NCBI RefSeq assembly: GCF_032444005.1
Contig: NC_091283.1
Span: 61,132,001-61,196,000, forward strand
Origin: Ranitomeya imitator
Lineage: Eukaryota
Length of the DNA: 64,000 nucleotides
Direction of reading: 5' to 3'
Position 1 is the stretch's first letter; every line of letters starts with the position of its first letter. The notes beneath the pieces are model-generated. The model had not been told where the DNA came from. It searched no databases and saw only the letters and a list, made by a program, of their open reading frames with translations. Of the stretch, positions 49,000 through 61,930 are shown piece by piece. The position numbers and the translations under genes were made by a program.

Positions 49000-51209
49000 A
49001 TGCTGACACATAGCGTATGAGATTAATGGCCGGGTTCACACAAGCGCAAGCAAAATAGTTTTTTTTTTCTTTCCTACAAAAAAGTTTTTTCTTCTCCTAA
49101 ACGTGTGTGCGTTTTTTTCTTCTTTATGTATAATGCAGCTTTTGCAGACAATAAAAGCTAAATGAAGTTTCTTCTAATCTTCAGAATTGTAATGAATCCA
49201 TGAAAAACGCATGACGGATGGACGGTAACCGGTATGCGATTCATTTTTTGTGCACCCATTAACTTGTGCCAGTCTGCTCTCGACTACAGAATAAAGTAGC
49301 GCATGCTGCAGCATTTTACATGCAGACCATCAGTGTGTAAAGACGTGAACGTGAAGCAGCGCACTGACTTGCATTGGCGTTAATCCGACGTTTCCTCTCT
49401 TCTTGCGATCGCTGTCCTCCATCTTGCTTTGTGTGGAGGACGCATCCTACGTCGTCCACAGTGTCCTCCGTAGCACCCCTGCGCAGGCGCATTTCTCTCT
49501 GCCCTGCCGAGGGCACAGCAAAGTATAATATTGTGCATGCGCTGGGGATCGCAAGCCATAATCATCAACATTAACAGAAATAAACACATGAAATAGATGA
49601 CACTCTATAATATAGGAGTTTCACTTTTTGTATTGAAGAACTGAAATAAATTAACTTTTTGGCGATATTCTAAACTTGTGAGAAGCACCTGTATCATCTA
49701 CAGAAAGCGAAGAAGAAGGACAGTGATCGGAAGAAGAGAGGAGACACCCGACCATGACCAGCGTCGGCCATCGAGCCTTTCCATAGGAGAGTATAATAAA
49801 AGCTATGGTACTTTTTGCGTTATGCAGAGCGGCTTGGGGGAACATATACACAGTATTCTAGAATGCGGTATATGAGGGCGTACAGGTGCTGGCCCTACGT
49901 TATATGGGAAACATCTGGTGACAGATCCCCTTTAAGTGTTAACGCACCACTCCAGTGTTTTTTTTATTCTACCCCTGGAGTGGTGCTTTTAATCTAAGCT
50001 CCCTGCCCCTAGTCTCATACTTACCTGCTGCTGTCTTCACCTTCTCTCGCTGCTGCTTCCATCAGTTTGTGACCTGCCGGCGGTCAAGTACAATGTAAGT
50101 CTAGCAGAGGCTTGTCTGGCTCTTACAGATATATCGAGCGCTTGTGAAGTATCGTAATTTCTGACTTACGGTTAGTCAGAAGTTGCGGTCACAAGATTAG
50201 AAGGACCATTCCAACACTGAAAAAAATAAAACACCCCAAAACGCTGAAGTGGTATTTCAAACAGATAGTGGCAGCTGGGAGAGGAGATCAATGTGATAAC
50301 GCCATCCCGACTAGAAGGCGCAGCAACTTTTTAGCAAGAATTTTTCTTGATAAAGAGTGCATCTTACAGTCATAAAATATACGATAATTATTCCTGTCCG
50401 AGTCAGACATTTGTCTCCATATACTGTACCTACTACGGTGAAATGACTCGGTTGTACTTTTCTATAAACACTTTTCTATAAAGAAGACGACTAAACCTTT
50501 TATTGTGATTGCTTTTGTTCTGCAAACGGTCATGTTGTATATATCTAAGAAGTGCACAAGTAATGCTACGTTCACATTTGCATTGTTGGGCGCAGCGTCA
50601 TCGACGCAACCCAAAACGCATATACACAACGCAGCGTTTTTAGACGCATGCGTTGTCATAAAATAAGAAAGTACAGGAAATTTGGTGCAGGGAAAACGTT
50701 ACATGTAGCGTCGTCCGCGCCCTATCTGGTGTGTCAAAATTACGCATGCGTCGTAAAACGCATTACAACACATACCGGCGCATGTCCATGCCCCCCCCAT
50801 GTTAAAGATAGGGGCGCATGACGCATGCGTCGGTATCCGTCGACGACACTGCGCCCAACAACGCAAATGTGAACGTAGCATAAGAGGGTCACAATTACAA
50901 CGTTTAGTTCAATTCGATTGCAGTCGATCTTTGGTTTTTCAGCACTGGCTTCCAAAACGTTTAGTGTCAATGAGTGCAGTCAATGGCCTCTCAGGAGTCA
51001 GGACTTCTTCCACAGATGAAAAGCTTTTTAGTCCTTTCTTCTCAAATCACAAACTGCATTGGTAGCTGGTATGTTCCACAGCGTACATGAACAACAGCAC
51101 AGCCCGCGTCTCTGCGCATGCGCCATATCCTGTCGGCAGTCTCCACGTCAGCGAGCAAGGAGAGACCCCCTTTAGTAATACTTCTGGAAGGTAAAGGGAG
51201 GCTTCCACT

Positions 51210-51925
51210 TCATGTGTGCGTTCTTTGATGTCTAAAGAGATGAGATTTGTAGTCGAACTGTTTGCCGCACTGATTGCACTTATGAGGTTTCACCCCCGTG
51301 TGTTTCCTCTGGTGCACAACAAGCCGAGACCTGTAGTTAAAGTCCTTTCCGCATACTTCACACTTATGAGGCTTATCCCTGTTGTGCGTTCTCTGGTGGA
51401 CGATCAGTCGAGATCTGTATTCGAACTCTCTCCCGCATTCATTGCATCGATGCGGTTTCTCTAGAGAATGCTTCATCATATGCTCAGCCAAGGACGGCTC
51501 CGAGATGAAGCTTCTTCCGCATTCGCTGCAGATATAAGGAGTTGAAGATTCTTGATGTAAAGCTATGTACGACTTGTAAGAAAAGTCATTCTGATATTCA
51601 CCCAGCTGCTCCTCATTCATGGCTTCGTATTCTAAGTAATCGTTCTTGGAAAGTAAGTCTTGTTTTCGGCTTTTTCTCTTAATGACATGGACATTTTCCC
51701 AGGCTGCGTTCTCGGGGAGGAAGTTATCCCCCAGATAAAATGCTTTCTGTCTATCAGGGACAGAGTTAGAAAGAAAGTTTACCATGTCGTAGGCGTCGCT
51801 GGAGAAATGATTAGTGAAATCTTCTCTTGGGAACTCTGGAGACACATAGGGAGTTTGCAAAGTTTCTTCTTCCAGACACAATGCTTGTTGGGATTTTTCT
51901 AAACTTCCCCTGATCACAGAATGAT
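51210..51925 (-). CDS. gene 2 terminal exon: four C2H2 zinc fingers
   Basis: Four fingers (YICSEC, HRCNEC, HKCEVC, HKCNQC). Acceptor catattccag at 51926-51927, phase 1. Exons sum to 1203 nt = 400 aa + stop. Confidence 0.9.
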
Positions 51926-52286
51926 CTGGAATATGAAAAAAAAAAAATGTTATTTGTGCCATAAAGTGAACTTCACTTTGGATAATGTGTTAGAAAGCTT
52001 CCTTGATAATAATCTGATTAGAAAGTGTAGAGTGCCCAGCGTTCAGCAATGATGTGTGAGTAAACCTGGCAGCAGGTCCGGCCATACAAGTAAAATAAGT
52101 AGTGGCCTTAGTGCAATCATACATGTGATAGATGGCAGAAGTATTCACACCATCACTATGCCAGATCAGGGAATGAAAGGGTTATTCCAAGTTATCACCA
52201 ATCCACAAGAAAGAAAATAACTGCCAGGCTGGTTAGGGGTCCAACCGCTGGGACCCGCACTGGTCGTCAGTACAATACATGGCTAT

Positions 52287-53300
52287 TTGAGTCAGTCCCA
52301 ACCACATGGACCACCGCTAGTCGCCAGTTTAATATATGGCTATGTGACACAGTCCCAACTACTGAGACCACCACTATTCGCAAGTGCAGTGCATGGCTAT
52401 GTGAGTCAGTCCCAAACGCTCAGACCACCGCTAGTCTCCAGTTTAATATATAGCTATGTGAGACAGCTCCAACTACTCAGATGACCACTAGTCGCCCGTG
52501 CAGTGCAAGTGAGTCAGTCCCAATCGCTCGGGTCACCACTAGTTTTCAGTGCAATACAACCGCTCAGACCACCAGTAGTGGCCAGTGAGGTGCATGGCTA
52601 TGCAAGTCAGTCTCAACTGCACGGACTACCACTATTCGCCAGTGCAATACACGACTTTGTAAGTCAGTCCCAATTAATAGGACCACCAATATTCACCAGT
52701 GCAAAACATGGCTATGCGAGTCAGTCCCAACCATTCAGACCCCCACTAGTCACCAGTGCAATACATGGCTATGTGAGTCAGTCCCAACCATTTGGACCCC
52801 CACTAGTCATCAGTGCAATACATGGCTATGTGAGTCAGTCCCAACCATTTGGACCCCCACTAGTCATCAGTGCAATACATGGCTATGTGAGTCAGTCCCA
52901 ACCATTCAGACCATCACTAGTCACCAGTGCAGTGCATGGCTATGTGAGTCAGTCCCAACCATTCGGACCCCCGCTAGTCGCCATTGCAATACATGGTTTT
53001 GGCAGTCAGTCCCAACCATTCGGACCCCACTAGTCACCAGTGCAGTGCATGGCTTTTTGAGGTAGTCCCAACCATTCAGACCCCCACTAGTCACCAGTGC
53101 AGTGCATGGCTATATGAGTCAGTCCCAACCTTTCAGACCCCCACTAGTCACCAGTGCAGTGCATGGCTATATGAGTCAATCCCAAACATTCGGACCCCCA
53201 CTAGTCACCAGTGCAATACATGGCTATATGAGTCAGTCCCAAACATTCGGACCCCCACTAGTCACCAGTGCAGTGCATGGCTACGTGAGTCAGTCCAACA
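52287..53300. repeat. 57-bp intronic minisatellite, ~17 units
   Basis: Unit atgtgagtcagtcccaaccatttggacccccactagtcatcagtgcaatacatggct. Explains the 19-aa periodic ORF 52503..53033. Confidence 0.95.
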
Positions 53301-53475
53301 GACCCTGAAGAGTTCGCCAGTCAATCATGCGCTCTGCTGCTCCATTCAAATGGGGTGCACAGGATATCCATTCTGGAGAAGGATCCCCAGTGATCTGGCA
53401 GTTATCAGCTTTCTTGTGCCTGGGTGATACCTTGTTGGCATGTATGTATGTGGCCATATACAGTGTCTGCATCAC

Positions 53476-53574
53476 CTGTAACATCAATGATTTCCTCTTC
53501 TTCTTCTTCCTCCTCCCTTTCCTTCAAGGGCTCCTCCATTTCTTCAATACTTGGAGTGTTACTGTTAGCGTCTC
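53476..53574 (-). CDS. gene 2 exon 5: acidic linker (GDANSNTPSIEEMEEPLKEREEEEEEEIIDVT)
   Basis: Acceptor tatattcacag, donor CAG|GTGATG, 99 nt, phase 1->1. Confidence 0.78.
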
Positions 53575-54160
53575 CTGTGAATATACAGTTTAGTGCTGAA
53601 CATGCCAGTTACACACAATGTATTTTTAAATCTGATTTTTTTTTTCTGATTTTAACATAGAGGATTCCAAGCAGCAGTTAAAAATAGGATTGACGTGTTG
53701 TCCGCTCACAAGATACTGGTAACTTACTCTCAAGATCGGTCATCAATATCTGATTGGTGGGGCTTCAAGACCCCGCATCGCCACCGATCAGCTGCGAAAT
53801 GTACACACTGAGCAGAGCCGCACCGAGCCGCACCATTCATGGTGTAGTGGCCGCTGCTTAGTACTGCAGATCAGCGGTATAAGAATAGACTGTACAAGCT
53901 GTTCTGCAGCAGCTGCTACACAGTGAATGGAGCAGCACGGTTTAATGTTTACATCTCGCTGCTGTTGTAGTTAATAAAAGTTGATCTGTGGGGGTGCGGG
54001 AGTCAGGACCCTACTATACTGGTACTGATGACTGATCCTACATATCGTCAATATCTTGAGACCGGACAATGAAACAAGCCTTGTCAGAATCATGTTCTCA
54101 CTCATGTCATGTGTTAGGAATTTTATTCTGTAAGACATGTTGTACTATCCCGCTACTCAC

Positions 54161-54268
54161 CAGTAACAATCTCAGCAGAAAGCTCTGGAGGCTCAGCGTC
54201 CTCTGTACTTCCTTCATCCTCTGCTGCATGCTCAATTGATGCAGAGTCCAAATCCTCTTCCTGCAAAT
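54161..54268 (-). CDS. gene 2 exon 4: acidic linker (DLQEEDLDSASIEHAAEDEGSTEDAEPPELSAEIVT)
   Basis: Acceptor tctatttgcag, donor TG|GTGAGT, 108 nt, phase 1->1. Confidence 0.82.
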
Positions 54269-54976
54269 CTGCAAATAGAAGCAGAGAAGCCAAAGGCCAC
54301 AGAATTCGTCAATTTGGGATTTTTTTTTTTAGAATATGTAAAGTGAAAGCTTGAGAAGGATGTCTGATTTGTCGTTGCTAGTGATGAGTGAATGTGTTCG
54401 GATAAGGCGTTATCTGAGCATGCTCATGTGCTAACCGAGTGTTTTCAGCGTGCTCGAATAATATGTTTGAGTCCCCGCAACTGTTTGACAGCTGCAACAC
54501 ATGCAAGGATTCCCTGTTAGACAGTCCCTTCATGTGTTGCAACTGTTGAACAGCCGCGAGATATGCAGCCGTGGGGACTCAAACACATCATTTGAGCACG
54601 CCAAAGACACTCGGTTAGCACCAGAGCATGCTGAGATAACACCTTACCCTAGAACGTGCGCTCACCACTGTCGTTACATATGGAATCTATTTAACCTTCC
54701 TTGTCTTTATAAAAAAAACGAGCACAATTTTACAAACCCTCCTACAAGTTTCTCTGTCAAGGGCACACAGATCTAACATGGGCAAAGGCAGAGTTTGTAC
54801 GGACATTGTGACCGAAATTCAGCTACCTGGTTGTGGTGCCATAAAGGAAACCTATTCTGCATAACAATCTCATGCGGCCATCACCATACAGTGCCTCTCC
54901 AGCTGCTGTGGAACTACAATTACTAGGATGCCCTCACGGCCATGTGCTGTTATAATGAACTTGTAAGGATGATTAC

Positions 54977-55124
54977 CTGCGCTCACATTCGATGGCGCTC
55001 TTGTGGCACTGACGGACTGCTGGTTTTTGTTCATCACGTCCTCATACAGGTCCTGGTGTTCTTCAATATAGTCCCATTCTTCCATCGAGAAATAGATTGA
55101 GACGTCTCCACATTTTATCGGTAC
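54977..55124 (-). CDS. gene 2 exon 3: KRAB-A-like domain ([31 protein letters not shown])
   Basis: Acceptor ctattgtag, donor CAG|GTAATC, 148 nt, phase 0->1. Closely similar peptide to gene 1 exon 4. Confidence 0.9.
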
Positions 55125-55983
55125 CTACAATAGCAGGAAGAAAAATACAAATAAAAAGGGTATTCCAAGTATTGGAAAGGATTAAAGGGCTTCGTTCTCC
55201 CTTTCTTTTGAGGAGCACTCAGCTCCCCAACCTCATGATTAACAGTCAGGACCACTGACATTTTGAGCCCTCTGATGCTCTTATTTTAGGCAGCTTAGAA
55301 TGGAATGCAAGGACACTGAAGCCGGTGGGTATAAAGAGTTAACAGCGCGCTCTGGTGATCCCAGACAGCTTCAGTGCAGCGCTTACAAGCTTAATAGAAA
55401 AGAGCTTGTAAGCACTGAGCATGCTCGGCCACTGCTGCTGTGCTAAAGCTGTGGCCGGTAACCTAAAAGTATATTTATCAGGGGATCGGTGCATAATTCT
55501 AATAAGTAAATTGGAAAGGTGAATATTTTTTACAAGTACATGTTTAATAGCTTTTATCAGGATATGAAATAATTGCTTAAAAAAAAAATGTGGGTCCTGG
55601 TTCTGGGAACCCCCCATCTTTTGTGAGAAACACTGCTGATGCAGACCAGCCACTCACCCCACAAAGAGGTGAGGGTCCTAGAAAAATGGCATTTTATAGG
55701 TCACATAAGCAGATTATTTTACAGTCTGAATACTATTATTACTATTTTACCCAGGGATGATGAGATTTTCCAAAATCTTATCCAGAAGAAAAAAAAAATT
55801 CAGCAGAAATTGTGCAGCGATGCAGATTGAAATGTAAAAAAAAAAAAGAAAAGAAAGAAATGTGCTGCAAATTTGCATAATTTCCACTAAAGACGTTCTG
55901 CAGTGGCTATGTCCCATGGAAGCAGACAATTAGCAAGTATGGAACGCTGACCGGTTACATGGACGGTCAGCAGCACAACTCAC

Positions 55984-56043
55984 CTGTCCGCTCAGCTGCT
56001 CTGCGGTGCCGTGCGGGGAATTCTTCTTCATCACCACATATTC
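55984..56043 (-). CDS. gene 2 exon 2 (EYVVMKKNSPHGTAEQLSGQ)
   Basis: Acceptor acacatag, donor CAG|GTGAGT, 60 nt, phase 0->0. Confidence 0.82.
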
Positions 56044-57453
56044 CTATGTGTATGAGGAGAGGTTACATGTTAGATGGAGAGAAGTTAGTGAGATCGTCTG
56101 ATTTGTACAAAGTGATAGGACGAGAAGCTACAACTTCTTAAAGGGGGAGTCTGGGGCGTAACATGAATACCGGAAATGTTTATTGTAAAGGGCTTCATGG
56201 CCAGTGACCGCAGGGGTGAAGGGATGTGTTGGGGCCACATGTAGGCGACTAGTGGTCAGGGTGTCTACGAGGAGTCCATATATGATGGAAGAATGGGCGT
56301 CATTAAAGGGGGTAGAGATCTGTGGGGGGAGGTAAATGGAAAATTTAGTTAGTGGGGATAGAAAGTTGAAACTGGAAATTATACATCGTGTGCACATAGA
56401 AAAAAAATATTGTGTTTATAGGGAAGTTTATAAGAACATTACATCCATTTTGGGTCTTGGCCAAGCCCTTTAAGGCTGAGTTCACACTAGGTGTTCTTGC
56501 AGCGTTTTTTATGCTCATTTTCAGCTACAGTACCAGCAAAGCCTATGAGATTTCAGAAATCTCATGCACACACATTGGTTTTTTTTTGTCATCAGGAGTT
56601 TGTGCTTTGCATGTTTTTTTGCACAATGGAGAATGTCACTTCTTTCAGTGTTTTTCACCCATTGAAATGAAAGGGTGGTGAAAAAAACGCTGAAAAAGAC
56701 GCAGGTATCAGGTTTTGCTTCGTTTTTTTTGTGCCAAGCACTGATTCTATAGAATAGGACTTTTTTCTTTCCAACACTAAACTTTGAGCATGCACAAAAG
56801 ACAAATCTAAGAATGACAAAATGAAAACATGATTTTTTTTCCGCAGCTTCTTTCCTGCCAAGAGAACAGGTTTTGCTGCAGAAAAAAAAACATTGAAAAA
56901 ACGCTAGTGTGAACTTACCCTAAGAGAAATCCCTTTTCCTTTTTGTCCAAGCGACCCAGAACAGAACAGGAGGTTTCGTTTGTCAAAATTGTTAGATGGA
57001 ATTTACAAAGCAGTTTGTGCAGAATACACGATATACTTTTCCCCCCGTGTGTGAGAAGTTCTAGGTCTCACTCTCTAAATCTTACTGGATACCCTACGGA
57101 ATACAGAGAGTCAGGTAGAGAGGTCCCATCACACCTTACGGGTGCCACCACCTTCTGTGGTAGCCCTGCTACACCTCCCACATCCATCGATTCCAGGCAG
57201 AATCCACCAGAAAGACGAAAACTCTTCCAATTCTCCTCCAAATTTCAAAACTTTTTTTTAGAAAAAACATTGAGTTCCTGCTCCGAAAACTCAAACACTC
57301 CGTGTGCACACAGCCTTACATTGGAAAAGTTTTTTTCTCCGCTGGATACCAATTATCTGCACTTGGAAATGTGTGATAAATCCCACTACCCATCAGGTTA
57401 TGGGATGTTCCATGTCCACTGCTGCCTATATGGATAGGAGCACCGCCACTCAC

Positions 57454-57525
57454 CTCCCCGGTCAGCAGGTAGATGATCCCCAGGGCGTGATTCAGGATCT
57501 TCTCCGTCAGCTGCTTCTTATCCAT
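57454..57525 (-). CDS. FAX-KRAB-like-C2H2 gene 2, coding exon 1: FAX-like box (MDKKQLTEKILNHALGIIYLLTGE)
   Basis: ATG at 57525 with an in-frame TGA just upstream. Acceptor ttcccag at 57549-57550, donor GAG|GTGAGT. Confidence 0.87.
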
Positions 57526-59309
57526 TTTCAATCAAAAGATAGAAGAGACTGGGAATAATAAGACAAGTGATGAGACCTTACAAGCGTTCAATGTACTAGA
57601 GAACAGGAAAAAAATAAATTCAAAATAAAATAGTTAAAAAATAAAACTTTTTTGTTTTTTTGGTTTTGTTTTTACGGAGTTTATTGTATGGTAATTACCT
57701 GCTAGCAAGGTCAGCGTGATTACAGCCATGCCAAAAGTTAAAATAAAAATAGTTCAGAATTGTATTAAAATAATACATAAAATAAAAAATGGCGACCATC
57801 AAATTTTAAGGTTGTAATTGTAACTAGTGATGAGCGAGAGTGCTCGGGTGTTATCCCAATCTTCAATGTGCTTGAGTAAGGTTTTCGAGTCCCTACGGCT
57901 CCGTGTCTCGCGGCTGTTAGACACAACGCATGCAGGGATTAGCTGTTTGTTAGACAGTCCCCGCATGCATTGCAGCTGTCTAACAGCCGCGGGGACTCGA
58001 GCATAATATTCCAGCGCGCCCGAGATACTCCGATAACATGATATACGAGCGCTCGCTCATCACTAGTTGTAACTAATGTTTATGGTTGGGGCTTATTTTT
58101 TGATTTTTTGGCTGCTGAACCGACTTTTTTATCTATACCATTTTGCAGTAGATAAAATATTTTCATTGCTTTTTAGAGTGTTTTTTTTTTTTTGGCGTAT
58201 AACAGATGGCTAAAATAATAGTATATTTTGATAAATTGGACTTTTACAGAAGTGTCAATACCAAATATATTATATACGGTATATATTACATACGGTATAT
58301 ATATATATATATATATATATATTTTATTTCTTTTTAATGGGTGAAGTGAAGTGATTTACACTTTTATATTATAACTTTTTTTTAACTTTATTTATTTATT
58401 AGTCCCCATATACTGCCATATATACGATAGCTAAATGGCAGTGTTTCTATGAAGCTCATAGAAGGATCAACATAGCAGATCTCCAGCTGCAACGACAACA
58501 CATCGGATTCTCAGGACGGGCGATAGGTGCATGCGCACATTGGCAGCTTAGCCGTGTAAGTGCAGCGGACATGCTACTGCGGTGGGTCCAGAGACCCTCA
58601 ATCGATGGAGACATCATGTAATGGGTCGGAGAAACGTGGAAATCTGGAACAGTGGCCAAACCGACGGGAAGAACAGACAGAAGGACCGAAAACATGGATG
58701 AAATACTGTACCATTCAGCACATAGATGAAAAAAAATGGATAATAAATCTGCTCCTGGCCCCTTTATCTCACTTTGCCCCATTTATTTATTGAGAAAATT
58801 GCTAAGACTTGGACAAAAATAGAAATAAAAACTGAAGGGTAGATACCGAAATCCACCCCAAGAAGTCCATAAAGCAGAAACCTGACGCTTCCATTCATTA
58901 TTATAGCCCCTTAAGTACTCTGTGCTGCTGTGGGAACGGCTTCATAACACGGTGCACAGCGGGGGACGTCTACAAGGTGGGACACATTATGGACCCCATT
59001 AAGAATACGTATCTTGTGCACAGGCCGCCATAAAGACCCCCAAACCTGCAAACAATATAAAACACTTATGCTATACGTCTATTTCCTAATATCACACCCC
59101 ACTGGGACAATGACTATAAGTTTTTGTACAGGTGCAGTACTGCTACTCCCCTCCCCCCAACCTCAAGTGACAGGGCATGCTGGCACCCATAGTTCCACAG
59201 CAGTTCCTGGGACTACCTTCCCTGACACAGTGTAACAGCACAGCACCCATACACAGACGTGACAGACTCGTACAGGACTGCTCATACATACCGTACAGGA
59301 CTCACTCAC

Positions 59310-59515
59310 GTTGTGTTTGGAGGAAGTGAAGTTTCGGCGGAGAGTTGTGCAAGGTAGGGGACAAGTGTGGCTGCCGCTGCTGGCGATCTTTATCAAGTGC
59401 ATTCTGGGATATGTAGTTTGCGAGAACTTAACTTTTTAGTTATTTGAATAAAGTTTCACTACAATTCCCAGAGTGCAATTCGATGAGGCCGCATGAGTGG
59501 AGGCAGCCAATCAGA
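59310..59515 (-). promoter_or_regulatory. probable promoter and first exon of gene 2
   Basis: Donor AAC|GTGAGT at ~59309, ETS-like ggaagtga at ~59322, two oppositely oriented ACTACA/SBS elements (gcattctgggatatgtagtttg 59399-59420; actacaattcccagagtgc ~59459-59477), CCAAT cagccaatcag at ~59504. Confidence 0.6.
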
Positions 59516-59565
59516 GAAGAGCGGTGCACAGTTCGGTATGAGAGGCTGGAGGAGCTATTGTATGT

Positions 59566-61636
59566 ACTCAGCGGTTACCAATAGCAACCAACCAGGGACT
59601 CAGCAGTTACCTATAGCAACCAACCAGGGACTCAGCAGTTATCTATAGCAGGGGTCCCCAACTCCAGTCCTCAAGGCCCACCAACATGTCATGTTTTCAG
59701 GATTTCCTTAGTCTTGCCCAGGTAATAATTGCATCACCTGTGCAATGCAAAGGAAATCCTGAAAACATGACCTGTTGGTGGGCCTTGAGGACTGGAGTTG
59801 GGGACCCCTGATCTATAGCAACCAACCAGGGACTCAGCGGTTACCTATAGCAACCAACCAGGGACTCAGCGGTTACCTATAGCAAGCAACCAGGGACTCA
59901 GCAGTTATCTATAGCAACCAACCAGGGACTCAACGGTTACCAATAGCAACCAACCAGGGACTCAGCAGTTATCTATAGCAACCAACCAGGGACTCAGCGG
60001 TTATCTATAGCAACCAACCAGGGACTCAGCGGTTACCAATAGCAACCAACCAGGGACTCAGCAGTTATCTATAGCAACCAACCAGGGACTCAGCGGTTAT
60101 CTATAGCAACCAACCAGGGACTCAGCGGTTACCTATAGCAACCAACCAGGGACTCAGCAGTTATCTATAGCAACCAACCAGGGACTCAGCGGTTATCTAT
60201 AGCAACCAACCAGGGACTCAGCAGCTACCTATATAAACCATGGACTCAGCAGTTACCTATAGCAACCAACCAGGGACTCAGCAGTTATCTATAGCAACCA
60301 ACCAGGGACTCAGCAGCTACCTATATAAACCATGGACTCAGCATTTACCTATAGCAACCAACCAGGGACTCAGCGGTTATCTATAGCAACCAACCAGGGA
60401 CTCAGCAGTTATCTATAGCAACCAACCAGGGACTCAGCGGTTACCTATAGCAAGCAACCAGGGACTCAGCGGTTACCTATAGCAAGCAACCAGGGACTCA
60501 GCGGTTACCTATAGCAAGCAACCAGGGACTCAGCGGTTACCTATAGCAAGCAACCAGGGACTCAGCGGTTATCTATAGCAACCAACCAGGGACTCAGCGG
60601 TTACCAATAGCAACCAACCAGGGACTCAGCAGTTATCTATAGCAATTAACCAGGGACTCAGCAGTTATCTATAGCAACCAACCAGGGACTCAGCGGTTAC
60701 CTATAGCAACCAACCAGGGACTCAGCAGTTATCTATAGCAACCAACCAGGGACTCAGCAGTTATCTATAGCAACCAACCAGGGACTCAGCGGTTATCTAT
60801 AGCAACCAACCAGGGACTCAGCGGTTACCTATAGCAACCAACCAGGGACTCAGCAGTTACCTATAGCAACCAACCAGGGACTCAGCGGTTATCTATAGCA
60901 ACCAACCAGGGACTCAGCAGTTATCTATAGCAACCAACCAGGGACTCAGCGGTTATCTATAGCAACCAACCAGGGACTCAGCGGTTATCTATAGCAACCA
61001 ACCAGGGACTCAGCAGTTATCTATAGCAACCAACCAGGGACTCAGCGGTTACCTATAGCAACCAACCAGGGACTCAGCGGTTATCTATAGCAACCAACCA
61101 GGGACTCAGCGGTTATCTATAGCAACCAACCAGGGACTCAGCGGTTATCTATAGCAACCAACCAGGGACTCAGCGGTTATCTATAGCAACCAACCAGGGA
61201 CTCAGCGGTTACCTATAGCAACCAACCAGGGACTCAGCGGTTATCTATAGCAACCAACCAGGGACTCAGCGGTTATCTATAGCAACCAACCAGGGACTCA
61301 GCGGTTACCTATAGCAACCAACCAGGGACTCAGCGGTTACCTATAGCAACCAACCAGGGACTCAGCGGTTACCTATAGCAACCAACCAGGGACTCAGCGG
61401 TTACCTATAGCAACCAACCAGGGACTCAGCAGTTATCTATAGCAACCAACCAGGGACTCAGCAGTTATCTATAGCAACCAACCAGGGACTCAGCAGTTAT
61501 CTATAGCAAGTAACCAGGGACTCAGCAGCTACCTATATAAACCATGGACTCAGCAGTTACCTATAGCAACCAACCAGGGACTCAGCGGTTACCTATAGCA
61601 ACCAACCAGGGACTCAGCGGTTACCTATAGCAAGCA
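59566..61636. repeat. 32-bp tandem array (gggactcagcggttacctatagcaaccaacca)n, ~59 units
   Basis: Directly visible, with occasional 27-bp variant units. Confidence 0.97.
59649..59810. mobile_element. 162-bp hAT MITE inside the 32-bp array
   Basis: Near-perfect hairpin caggggtccccaactccag.../...ctggagttggggacccctg with exact 8-bp TSD atctatag. Confidence 0.92.
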
Positions 61637-61895
61637 AAGCAAAAAGAGAAAAATACTTAGAATTGAGAGTCCTCAGTGGTTGATACCTTTTAATGGCTAA
61701 CTGAAAAGATGGTATCAACCACTGAGGACTCTCAATTCTAAATATTTTTCTCTTTTATTATAAAGCGTCAAGTCCTAATTTAGGTTATACTTGGACTTAC
61801 AGTTCTACAAACACAGTTATGCCTTCACATGTTTAGATTCTATCTAATCAATATTTACAAACATTTCTGAAATACACAAATTTGCTTCAACATCC

Positions 61896-61930
61896 AAGAA
61901 GAAGAAGAAGAAGAAGAAGAAGAAGAAGAA
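61896..61930. repeat. (AAG)n microsatellite
   Basis: About 11 perfect units. Confidence 0.95.

Noticed and set aside
59566-61636. 32-bp palindromic array as a CRISPR array
   Set aside because: No unique spacers, no cas genes, and vertebrate context; it is a pure tandem repeat.
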